In this document: piece by piece, positions 12,193-25,111 of the stretch
How the letters are laid out: each line of letters starts with the position of its first letter
How positions within the stretch are numbered: position 1 is the first letter of the stretch
Assembly: GCA_903813345.2 (NCBI GenBank)
Contig: CAIIXF020000001.1
Span: 34,968,001 to 35,032,000, forward strand
Origin: Owenia fusiformis
Taxonomy: Eukaryota
Direction: 5' to 3'
Length of the DNA: 64,000 nucleotides
Translations under genes and position numbers: made by a program
Notes under the pieces: generated by a model
Seen by the model: the letters and a program-made list of their open reading frames with translations, nothing else
The model's database searches: none
Told to the model about the DNA's origin: nothing

Positions 12193-15100
12193 CTAGACAT
12201 TTCACCCCCTGGACGTTTCACCCCTAGACTGTTCACCCCTTAGACGTTTCACCCCCTGGACATTTCACCCCTTAGACACTTCACCCCCTGGACATTTCTC
12301 CCCCTGGACGTTTCACCCCTAGACATTTCACCCCCTGGACACTTCACCCCCTAGACGTTTCACCCCTTAGACGTTTCACCCCCTAGACGTTTCATCCCTT
12401 AGACGTTTCACCCCTTAGACATTTCACCCCCTAGACGTTTCACCCCCTAGACATTTTAGCCTCAATTTTTTACTCCTACATATTTCATTCAAGTATTTCT
12501 CTTTGTTAGAACTGAATACCCTAAGTCATGTAAATGGCATATATTATAAAACATATTTCCTATTGACACATTTTGCTCAGCAACTTAAGTGAATTTAAGT
12601 TTAGCTTGAGTTTGATTAATTAAAATCACAATTTAATTACCAAGTGTTCCAAATAGAATAATCAAATAACAAGTACTGTAAGTCACTAGAATTAATGCAG
12701 AGGCGAGTAGGTAGTTACCAGTTTCACCACCAGGTGGCTCGTTCTGGTCAGATAACATGGCGGGTATAGTAGAAAGTTCCCTTTAATTTAAATTTAAGTG
12801 GTTCAATTTTCATATAACCCTTATGCATTTAATTGTTATGCAAATTAAAATATATGCAGTGAAAGAAAATGTTATCTGTCCAATACAAGAAGAGATATTT
12901 CACTTTTTGTGATTTTGTAACATGGGGTCTATGGGGAATCAACCCGAACTAGAAGTTACATTTTCAAAAAAATTAAATTTTCAAAGTTGATAAACAATTT
13001 TCAAAACCAAAGGTTATATCTTGGATTATGACTATTTTCTGACAATGGAGATAGGTTTATCTTTTAGATCAATTCATTACCTCAAAGAAAATTATATACA
13101 GAAAAGTGAAACAAACTTGGAGATATTTAAGTACTAATCAACCCATCAATTTTGCAACACACTTTTTCAAAGATGTTGACCTCATTTTCACCAAAAATGC
13201 AATCATTTTTACAATGTTTAATGCATGACTATTCTTTATTTTGATGTATCAAATAGTTCTTGAAAGAAAAACTTAATTGCTTTGAGATAAGTGTTCCCCA
13301 TGTTATTTCTCCATTGAAAAATTTCATGCTATCCATTGGTTTCAGTTCATTTTGGTCATTCAAATTAAGTCCCTCCATTTTTCCTTTTTCTAATTATGCA
13401 TTCATTGATGAAATGAGTGTTTGGTAAATTGAATTGAATTGAAATCGAACTGAAATGCCTGCCACAGTAAATCCTTGTTATCCCATCGAACGAAGTTCGG
13501 AGGGATATAGGGAACGCCTCCGTCCGTCCGTCTGTCCGTCCGTCCGTCCGTACGTACGTACGTACGTACGTCTGTACGTACGTCCGTCCGTCCGGGCAAT
13601 AACTCAAATACCGTTGGCCCGATTTTATTCATATTTTGTACACATATACCCTATGGGGGTTGAAGTTCTGCTCGAAAGCCGATTTTCAAAATGGCCGCTC
13701 ATTTAAAAATGGCGGCCATTTTAGTGCCGATTTTACAGTAATTTAGGTGCAATATGTAAAACTGTAATAGCAATATGTTTTAAATGTAAAAAAATTATAT
13801 AGGACATTAATAAAGCTATAAATGTAGATATTAAAAAAGCACATGGCAGCCATCTTGAAAAATGGCAGCCTTTACTCGTTATTTTACGATTTTTGCTGTA
13901 ACTCGAAAAGTAGTGGAGCGATTTTGTTCATATTTGGTATGTGAATACTATAAGCATGGCACACTGTCTAATGACACTTTTGGTAGAAGGCGGCCATTTT
14001 TCAAAATGGCCGCCATTTTAACGTTTTTTACTATAACTCGAAAAGTAGTGGAGCGATTTTGTTCATATTTGGTATGTAAATACTACAAGCATGGCACACT
14101 GTCTAATGACACTTTTGGTAGAAGGTGCCCATTTTGAAAAATGTTCGATGGGATTCGCTACGCTTTGGCGTTGCCGTTGTTCTTATGTGTGTTATTTTAC
14201 AAGTACGTGTGCGATTTTTCAAAAATTTTAGAGGTGGCTACTTAAAAGCATATTATTTCTTCTGATGACAACTTGGCTAGTGAGCAACCATTTTGAAAAT
14301 GGTGGCCTTTCTGGTGTGTTGTTTTATGATATTTGCTATTCGTTTGTAAAAATGCCAGCCATTTCTGTTCGATGGGATTCGCTACGCTTTGGCGTTGCCG
14401 TTGTTCTGGTTCAAATATAGTATAGAATTACTCAAATGCTTTCCAAAGTAAATCTTTGCTCAAAAATGACATTGAATTCCTGGAATTAAATTACTCAAAT
14501 GCCTGTCACAGTATATCCTTGCTCAAATATATAGTATAGAATTACTTAAATGCCTACCAAAGTAAATCTTTGCTCAAATATGTCATAGAAATGCTCAAAC
14601 GCCTGCCACCGTTAATTCAGGGAGCAAATCCTCGCTCACAAATAACCTAAATTACATAACATAGATTACAGCTAATTGATAAAATGATCATCAGGAAATC
14701 TGCAACCAAAAATCTTATACAATTCTAATTAATTTCACATCTAATTAATGCCATATCTAATTGTTTACCATAAAACTAATGCTTTTATATCATTATAAAT
14801 ACATTTGTACACATATCAAAAACAATTGGATTTATTTTCTAAATCTAAAAAATAATAATGAATCTTTGTTGCTTTTTAATAATGCAATTGATAACAAGGG
14901 AAGGGATTATCTAGGCAATTAGAGACTAGCATCTTTAATCAGTGCTTTTTTTTAAAACTTATTTGTACCAAGACTGTTGTGGTTTCATATACTATGACAT
15001 ATTCCAGTCAATGTTTCTACTTGGAAAAGAAATCAGTATACATGTACTCATGTAAATTCAGTCAAAATTCACTAATAACCCAACCCATCACATTGCACAA

Positions 15101-15344
15101 TACACAGACTGTATATGGTGGTGAAATGTCTAGGGGGTGAAATGTCTAGGGGGTGAAATGTCTAAGGGGTGAAACGTCTAGGGGTGAAACGTCTAAGGGA
15201 TGAAAAGTCTAGGGGTGAAATGTCTAGGGGGTGAAACGTCCAGGGGTTGAAACGTCTAGGGGGTGAAGTGTCTAGGGGGTGAAATGTCTAAGGGGTGAAC
15301 AGTCTAGGGGTGAAACGTCCAAGGGGTGAAACGTCTTGATACCG
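12193..15344. mobile_element. DNA transposon relic with inverted subterminal arrays of a ~16-bp unit
   Basis: (gacatttcacccccta)n at 12193-12455 and its reverse complement (ggggtgaaatgtcta)n at 15118-15335; the left terminus appears lost. Confidence 0.7.
13478..14411 (+). mobile_element. Helentron-type non-autonomous element family A
   Basis: ttatcccatcgaacgaagttcgg head, (CGTC/CGTA)n microsatellite, ~127-bp internal tandem units, subterminal inverse ttcgatggga, end gcgttgccgttgttctggtt. Confidence 0.85.
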
Positions 15345-15790
15345 TTACTACATAATGAAATATAATAGTACAGTATATTTTTGGGTTTTACAAAGTTGTA
15401 TGATTTTTGATTAGTGTAAAAGTTGTTTTTGGAGCATTTTTCTATAGCCATTTTGTAGGGAAAAAAATGATGAAAAAATGCACAATCATTTAATTTTAAG
15501 TATGACCTGAATCGATTGCAAACTTCATATTTGCACATTTGATGAGATAAACCATTCGTGTCATATTATGAAATTATTAAGGTTGCAGTCGATTCAGGTC
15601 ATAGTGTATTTTTGGTATTTTTGTGATAATCAATGGAAACCAATGGCCTCTATAGGGATCTGCTGATATCCTCATGTTAAGTCAATGATGAACAGCCCCA
15701 TGTAAGTAAATACAACCTTACTGAACTAAATGGCCCCTATCTCAGCCTATATGTGCCCAAGCACTTTAATATTTTCCGAAGAGTTATATA

Positions 15791-16027
15791 CAGTTGGGGA
15801 CATAAATAAATGACAGGTGGATTTGCTGAAGTGAGGATTTCCCATGTTAAAAATAAGAGAATTTACAAGAGGCCATAAATCAGTGGATGAGATTATACAA
15901 AATGTAAAATATACAAATTTTAAGGGATATGTATCTAGACAATATTGGAAATTATGGGCTTTCAGACCACCATAATTAGGAAATGGTGATCGAAAATCGA
16001 CCTGTCATTTATTTTTGTCCCCAACTG
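15791..16027. mobile_element. Tc1/mariner-type MITE
   Basis: TA-flanked TIRs cagttggggaca.aaataaatgacagg / cctgtcatttatttttgtccccaactg. Confidence 0.85.
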
Positions 16028-16887
16028 TAACATTCCATTCTTCATGTTTAACCTAAGAATTATTTATTTTGACCATTGGGATATTTGCCAATAAACGCAC
16101 CTGTTCTTTTTATTGGATTGTTTTTGCTGATTGGGATTTTTATGGAACAAACAGTTTAATGCTATGGGTTTTACCCTTTGACAATAGGTGTATTGCCTTG
16201 TGTAATTATGATATTGTCACTCGATCACTCTATTCCCTCAGTCAATACCTCGGGCTTTGTATTAAAAACCTTATACCTCGTACCCACGTACATGTACCCG
16301 CGTACTTGGGGCATGATACATTCTTTGAAGAGTTCAATTCTAACGTTTCAGATTATTCTGATCATATGAATTGTAGGTGCATTAATGCACGTGTAGACCT
16401 ACGTGTATGTCCTATAGATCTAACATTTTTCTAGTCATAAATAAGGCCAGAATTGCAAAATTGTTTACCTTTGCTATTTTATCCTCGATAAAAAATGCCT
16501 AATTGAAATGCTCGTTCACTATAGAACCAATCTACACTAAAACGTTTTTTATTTGCTGGGAAATTTCAGGAAGTCGTCTAAAAGGTGTCACCTATATTGC
16601 GACATTTAGATTGTTCCCCTATTCAATATGGAATCATCATCCACTGTTAAGCACAACTGCACAAATTACACTCTCATGTGTTGGGGTGAATTTACGATTC
16701 CTGAGACTACAATTATCTTTATTCATGCTATGATTAAATAAAATGATACACAGAATACCCTGACATATTTAAAACCTATTTAAAACTTATTTAGAAGGGA
16801 TTTTCTCTATTGAAAAGTCTTTTGAATGGCGCTATTTTGACAATCAATGAAAAACTAAAATTAACAATTGTGGCTTTATTTTATGAC

Positions 16888-17556
<669 letters not shown>

Positions 17557-19835
17557 TTTGAAGACCTTTTTCACCTTAAAGAATGTACAGTAGTAAGAAA
17601 GAGGAGTGCATTCTTGTTGTATTGTTTTTGAAGAATGGACACTGTAAGCTATCTAAAACCAGTGTGGCACAAAATATGATTGACAGTGTTTGGCTCAATA
17701 TTACACCTTGACTGTCACATGCAGTGCACCGAAGCTGTACTTATTAAACCATTTTCAATCACTCAATAGTTGAATTGTAAACACAAAATAAATACACTTT
17801 TTAACTGTACCTTGCCTGATACACGCAGTGCATTGAAGCTGAACCAATTAAACCAATTAAACCAACCCACTTCTCTACACATTTACCTCACAGTTAATAC
17901 AAAATATTTTTTCTAAACTTGGATCATGGGTCATTTACCCTTCCTAAGAGTCAGTGTGGGTTTTAAGTTAGATAAATTATTCGAAATGGGTCTTATGAGA
18001 ACTTATAGCCTCAGGCCAAGCCCCTCTGCTATTATTTCTCATAAAACCCAGTACTCATAGTTTATCCATAACTGAATGAACAATCAGGGGATTCAGTGAC
18101 CTTCTATAAAATTACAAACTGAACATGTTGCTATACCGTAGACGACTACCTGGTTGTTATTCACTAAAGGGGGTCTCATTATAGGTTGGCATATAAAAAT
18201 GCTTTTGGGTTCAATGACTGCCACATCCACTTGGTTTGAGGTTGTTGCTTTTAGGGGCTATAATTAGAATTAGAGGTTTTGGTTTTAATAAGGGATCCCA
18301 AACTTATCTGTAGGCCATAGGCCGTAGTGGTAGTAAGCTTATGAACATCGAGAGCACTTATAAGCTGCCTTCCTACTACTTTTCCCTAGGCCTATGCTGT
18401 AGGTCAATTAATGGAATTATGATTAAGCTTAGGGGTGCTGTGATTCAAGAAATTGTAATTAAGGGCATTCTTGAGCGGATTTGACCTAGGATGAAGAAAC
18501 TACATAGGTGACCACGGGCTTTGAAACCCCATTACAAGTAGTATTCGCGAATTCAACTAACAGCTTCCAGATCAACATACTATTTTATGGCTCATTAGAT
18601 ATAAAAAGCACCTGTCACTATTCATTTGTATTAAAATGAATTTGCCATCAACAATAGGTTAAATCATCGCCTTTTACCCAACATATGACATCATGAATAC
18701 TATCAAAGTGCAGTCTAATACCGAGTGAGCCAAAAATGTAGCCCAAACAAATTCCGCATCTGTTAAAGTGTTATTTCGCATAATAAAACCTTGTTTAATG
18801 TTCTTTCATTTTACTAATTATTACCACCTTGCCGGGCCAGTTCTAGGGGTTTTAGTGCTAGTTTAGAAGGCGTTCATTTTACTAAGTCGACCTGAGAAAT
18901 GTGTGACGTCATAGTGGTGGTCCATATGGACCGGTCTAGAATAAATTCTGGACTGGCAATTTTTCCCTGGGAAATTAGATATCGTTCAGTGCGTAAGATT
19001 TTCTTGCTATTTCAGCCCTGGTCGTTAACGGTGGTAATAATACTAATAATAACGTCATTTCTGCGAGCAGCCCTCGGTCCAATATTTCACTATATTGCCC
19101 TTAGAAATGACGTTATTGTACTATCGACCCTGCCCAAATAGTCTTGGATTTTATGGCTATAAAACGAAACATGGTCCAAAATGCCAACCTCATCTCATGA
19201 CTACGGGCTATCTCTGAGATAATGTCAACCCCTACAACAAGTAGGAGAACAATTTATGTGACGGTGACCTTACATTCTCAACCGACCAGTGCAGGTCTGC
19301 CTGAAGGGACGAGGCTGAAGTTTGTAGAATGGTCATATAATTGTGACATTGAGGAATAGACCCATAAAACATAGTAAAATTAACTAAATATGATTTCAAC
19401 TCATACTGGATGAATGAGCTAATAACATTTCTTTGGATGACATTTTTTGCCTCACCCTGTAATTCATTTTATTTTCACACTTATTCATTTCAGCCTGCCC
19501 AAACAAAGAGTCTAGGTTGAATAGCCAAAACCAGGCACATGTAATTAGAAAGAACTATTCAGTATATAAATAGCTCTACGTGAATGACACAACTGTTTTA
19601 TACACAAACAATTGTCAAGGTAAAATACAGGATTAGGGCAATCCATAAGGCTGAGTAAGTCACTATCAGAGTGTTTGAAACAGTGTAACAAACAAATTAC
19701 TTATGACACTTAGCTGCCCTCTATTTTGTAATTGTATAATATGAGTATGAAGCACCTTATAATATCAGAAAAAATATGAAAAAATCACGAAAAAAATACC
19801 AAAAATTAGGTTCATAATTAACTTTTCCCCTTTAC

Positions 19836-20471
19836 CACAGGCTGGTATCGAAAGATTTGTCCGCTGTGACGGAGCATGCTATTTTTCATAAATTTTAATT
19901 TTTTAATGGCATGATATAGTGACACAATAATATTAACATATGTTTTCACCATAACTCTGAATGTATTAATGAAATATTAATGCATTGGGTCTTTTTAATT
20001 TTTTTATAAAAAATAATATTAATATATTTTGTCCGCTGTGACGGAGCATTTTCACAGTTCACATTTGCAACTGCTCCGTCACAGCGGACAAAAAAATTAA
20101 ACATTATTTTCTATAAAAGAATTAAAAAGACCAAATACATCAACATCTCATTTATACCTTCATAGTTATGCTGAAACCATGTGTAAATATTATCGTGTCA
20201 CTATATCGTGCCATTAGAAAGTTAAACAAGAAATGGTACATTTTGAAGTATGATACTCCGGCGCCATTTTCAATAGCTTTTCTTCCCAGCGTAATTGGAC
20301 TTCAAATAGAAGTGAAAGTTACCCGCAAATGATATATCCATTGCATGGAGTAAGTAATTTTGTATGGTATAACGAAACATGTTAAAAAATAAATCGTGAA
20401 GTATTCTAAGTGTTTTTATGAAAAATAGCATGCTCCGTCACAGCGGACAAATATTTCGATACCAGCCTGTG
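19836..20471. mobile_element. Transib-like MITE (CAC...GTG termini, 5-bp TSD)
   Basis: ~57-bp TIRs cacaggctggtatcgaaa.atttgtccgctgtgacggagcatgc; tttac at both 19831-19835 and 20472-20476; internal palindrome at ~20029-20092. Confidence 0.8.
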
Positions 20472-21053
20472 TTTACAGTTTAAATCATGTCTGAAAGTTG
20501 AATACAACTTTGTACTAAAAAGTATTAAAAAGGCCTGCACTTTTGGTGAAAATTGCGTCAGAATTAGGGGAAATTGGTGAGGATGGGTGGATTAGGGACA
20601 GCTTAAGAGATAATCCAATCAACTTGAGTATCATCCTAATGTCATTTATTGAAGATAAGACATGGATCTAACAGAACCATTTGATTTTGTGGTTAAATTA
20701 TTCTTCGAACTAAAGATATAGCCCTTTGAAAATGGCTTGCCATATCTTACATGCTCCTTTATTTTTTAATGTTATTATACATTTAGTGCACTAAGTGTAG
20801 GATAATATGTAGTAATCATTTAGATTTCTCCAATGTACACATAATAAACTAAGGGAAAATATTTAGAAGCAAACATGACAAAAAAACTGTTATTCGAACT
20901 AATGATTGACATGCCACTAATTCTGAACTCCTCTACCAAACAACTTGTAGCAACCTGAAACTGACACAATGTAAAGACTTGACTATGAAAATAGATAATT
21001 TTACCTTTGTCAGAGTTTAATGCAATTTTTCCACAATTAAATGTTTATTCCAG

Positions 21054-21148
21054 GATTGCCAATCTTGCTGCCTGAGGAAGAGGAGTCTGTGTTGTTGGGG
21101 TCTGCTATATTAGGAGCGTATGCGTCTGGGGATTTTCCAAATCTTCAG
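21054..21148 (+). CDS. FGGY: FGGY exon (last one found in window)
   Basis: GLPILLPEEEESVLLGSAILGAYASGDFPNLQ; CAG acceptor, GTATGG donor; no stop codon, so the gene continues downstream. Confidence 0.93.
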
Positions 21149-23691
21149 GTATGGTTTCTCTATTTATATTTAATTTGTCATCGTTCATCAATATTCAATG
21201 TCTTTATAGTCATTCGTCATCAGCATTTTTTTATCTTGGTATTATCTACATCATACACTTATGAGGTAGATAGCTTATTGCTAAAGCGCTTTTCAAGGTA
21301 GGTGATGACAGTGTAATATTAGTTAGTAGATTTAGGACTATACCTTCATATGTTTTTTTTATTTATTTATTTTTTTGCATTTTAGGATTAAAATATTGAA
21401 GGTTGTTATAGTTTTTACAAACATGAGTTATTTTGATGCAAATTATTGTACACTTATTTCAATTCAAATTACTTTGAGTATGCACTGTCCTGTGTTCAGT
21501 ACAGTGTATAAGCAAGAGGTTTAGTTGTAACTCTTTTTGAAGAGCCATCCTTGTGCCCCATCATAACATTGGTACCATCTGCCCCTATTGCGACCAGGGA
21601 TTGTCCATTATCACCCCAAATCCAACTGTCTGAGATGAATCTGTAAATAATCGTAGGAGGAGGGAAATTAGCACAACAGATTCCGGACAGTCATATGTTG
21701 GATTTTGGCTATTTTTGAGGATTTAAAAAGGGGGGGGGGTCTTGCAGACAAAGGACCCTTACCCTACGATATAGTTCATCAGCGGCTGACCCCTTTTTTT
21801 CTTCTTTTGCTCAGCTTCCAGCTCAGCTCTATCCTTCTTTTAAGGCCCTTAGTAGATTCTGAATTTTCCTGGCTGTCAGTTTTCTCTTTCTGCTTCTGTA
21901 ACACCATTAAATTAATGATTCAAAATGAAATAATTATTTTAAGCTATATACTAAAACACAAACTAATAATATAAATATTCCGTTTCAAATATGTCATTAT
22001 CAAAAACAATTATCATTTTAACCCAATGATTTAGATTATAAGATATCCCTTCAAATTGATAAAATCAATAAAACCCTTCCAAAAAACAGAGCAAAAATAA
22101 CATATCATCCCTATCTGTTCAATAAAAATCCAACATAAAACTGCAGTACAATACCAGGAATGAAAATTAGGGAAATCACTCCTCATACATAATTTATAAC
22201 CTATTAAGTCATTTAACATATATAAACAACAGACATCCAAACTACATGTGTCCTCTAGATTGTCTGTATGTAGATTTAGGTTGCCCCTTTCATTGGCTAT
22301 AAGGATTCCTACATGCAGGGCCAATTTCATATTATCCAAATTAAGTTCTCTCCCCGCCATATCTTCGAGATCCTACAACATCATAACATCATTCAATTAA
22401 GACATCCTAACCTGGTAGTATGACTCACTCATCTCAAGAAGGAAACACAAATCTACAATACATGTACATCTTCACCAATCAACAACCAATCCACAATTTA
22501 AGTAACCTTCTATCCATCCCTTAATAATTCACATAAGTGTCTTACTAAGATCATAATTACCTCAATCTTTTCATCAGAGTTCATCGCAAATGATCTTCTC
22601 ACCTCATCCTCAACCATTACTTCTGTAGGCTTGCTTTTCTAGACTCTCGCAAAAACTGCAGGCAAGTCAATATTCTTCAAGAACTTTACATACCTCACCA
22701 GGTGTTCTGAACCCAATCTGTGCTTCTTTTTCAAAACAGTCACCGACATGTTGTTCAATTGGCTCAATAGTAGATCTAGATCTAAACACAAACTGAAATC
22801 AAAAATTGAAAAAATTAAATTTCTGGTTTATCCAAACATCAACATATTATCACATCAATCAATTAAATTTATAATCAATTTCTCACCAGCATAATCCTTT
22901 TAACCATTCCATCACATTGATAAAAAACTTTTGCATTGAAAAGAAACTTCAGCATCGATTAAATAATTTATAAAATTTTAAAATAAGGATAAGGATAAGG
23001 ATTACAGTAAAAAAACGAACTCCAAAAACACACTGCATTTCCGAACGAGACACGTTCAGGGTAACATTCGCATTTAAACTTCTCCACGTGGAAAAAATTT
23101 CCAAGAACAAAAACGTTCTGTCATTTTGAAAAGAAAAATTACCCAGGAATAAAATTCCTGTGGAACATAACATGAACTCAACAAAAACTCTGTCTACTTC
23201 AAACATTATTCCGAGTCTAAAAATTATCCCACCAATACTGCATACCTCTAAATCCAACTGCCTATCCACACAATAACAAATTATTTAAGCCTAACCTTGT
23301 TCAACAGAGTGTACCACTCACAAATCTGCCATTGCTCGGCCAAAATTTCAAGAAAGCAAACCACTGTGAAATTGTCCTTGCTCAGCAAAATACCACCTTT
23401 CTATTGTTTATTCAACAGAGCGTACCACTCTTGATTTGCCCTTGCTCGGCACAATTGTAATAACACTTTTCCTTTATTTTCCTTTATTTTTGAGGCTTCA
23501 GATTACATTTCACACATAGATGTCACTTTGGAAAAGTATATTAACACTAGGTGGGTCCTCCCTAAGAGTTGTTTTATACAAAGTCTTCGGATGTTTTCAT
23601 TATTCACAGGTTCTACTGTACAATAGTGTACCTGTACCTACTCGTACTCAGATATACCAAAACATGATCAAGATTGCATAAAGATACTTAC

Positions 23692-23895
23692 TGGGTTAAC
23701 TTTAGTTTCATTAGTGCATACAAGCGATAAGGGACCATCCTTATATCTATCAGTTTCAATACAAAATGTTTTTCCTTCTTCATTAACCTCTATCTGTTTC
23801 ATGTCCCCCTTCCAGAATTTTGTAGTTATAGTAGATGTGTCATCCACTGCAGAATCGGAAATTTGCACTTTCATTCTACTATCAAAGCTTTTAAT
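23692..23895 (-). pseudogene. Orphan exon encoding a putative OB-fold fragment
   Basis: 204-nt open exon with CAG acceptor and GTAAGT donor; VDDTSTITTKFWK resembles the OB-fold DxTGxIxLTLW strand pattern. Confidence 0.4.
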
Positions 23896-24919
23896 CTGAA
23901 TCAAACAAGGCATTAACACAACAAAATGTCACCACCTGATAATATAATTATTTAGTGATTGAAAACGTCTTTACTAAGACTAAGTGAAAACCAAGGTATT
24001 TGTAAATTATTTCATGCATACGCTTTGAATTTGTTCATTGCATGTTAAGGTGATGACTCTGAGTTTTATAAGTGAATCTGACTACTTTTGAGCTAAGGCT
24101 ATGTAAGAAATGCTCTACAATATGTTGCCATAGTAACAAATATCCATTCCATTGCTATGTTAAGCAGGTTGAGGATTGTGTAATTTCAAGGTTTAAAATC
24201 CCTTCTGTTTTGATCCTTTTAAAAAGTTGTTGTGCTCATTTCTCATTACATGAGAATGGAATTGGAATCATTGTGAATAACAGCAGTTTTCTGAATGAGA
24301 TGTCCATGCATCATACTGCTTTTCTGATTCATATTCCTGGTCTCGAGATATAAAGGGACATTACTTACGGTTAGACAGATGGAATACATGTCCTGGTTCT
24401 ACATTGCATCAGTGAGTAGTCTTAGAATGGATGAACCAATCCTATCATGGGATATATTATATAATAATAATATTTATTGACACAACCTCATGTACATGTA
24501 CAGTGTGGTATCGTCAGGCTAACTAAGTATAAGGAAATACATAAAAAATATATATATACATATTTATACCACTCTAAGTCCAATTACAGTTGTATAACAT
24601 GGGTCTATAACAACGATATACAGTGGAGAGTGGTATATCGTCATCGTATACAACTCCTCCGTATACACTCCAGCGTATACCACTGTAGAAGTGCATTCTG
24701 GGAACTAATGAATAAAAAAATCACGAAAATGTTCATGATTACCTAGAATCAAGTGACGTCATAAATGGTTCCGGCATGATTTGCTAGAATCAAGCCACGT
24801 CATAAATGGTTCGAGATCAACATCAGCATTATTGAGTTGGCTATGGGATATTTTTATGGTTTTTAATTGTTTTGATTGTGTTCGAATCAACTGAACTTGA
24901 ACTTAGAGTGGCATAATAA

Positions 24920-25075
24920 GATTATATAATGGTTCATTCTGTATATCGTGCATTTTATACTCTCGTGAGGATATAATATATTCACTCGTTCGCTACGCTC
25001 ACTTGTGAATATATCATATACTCACTCGAGTATAAACACGATATACAGAAAGAACCATTATATAACCTCATAATA
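24920..25075. repeat. ~150-bp palindrome of a hairpin-type element
   Basis: ttatataatggttc.ttctgtatatcgtg...cacgatatacagaaagaaccattatataa with central cgttcgctacgctcact. Confidence 0.7.
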
Positions 25076-25111
25076 TTCATATATATGATACAGTGTGTAC
25101 ATTTTAATATT

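Noticed and set aside
12193..12455. Short regularly spaced repeats resembling a CRISPR array
   Set aside because: No unique spacers, eukaryotic context, and mirrored at 15118-15335 as transposon subterminal repeats
13365..14137. ORFs rich in RTDG/VRPS and MAA...VVERFCSYLVC (also at 25648-26547)
   Set aside because: Derived from the microsatellite and tandem modules of non-autonomous family A elements
22031..22790. Purine-biased minus-strand stretch suggestive of a decayed retroelement ORF1/gag
   Set aside because: Too many stops and no complete CCHC motif to support a call
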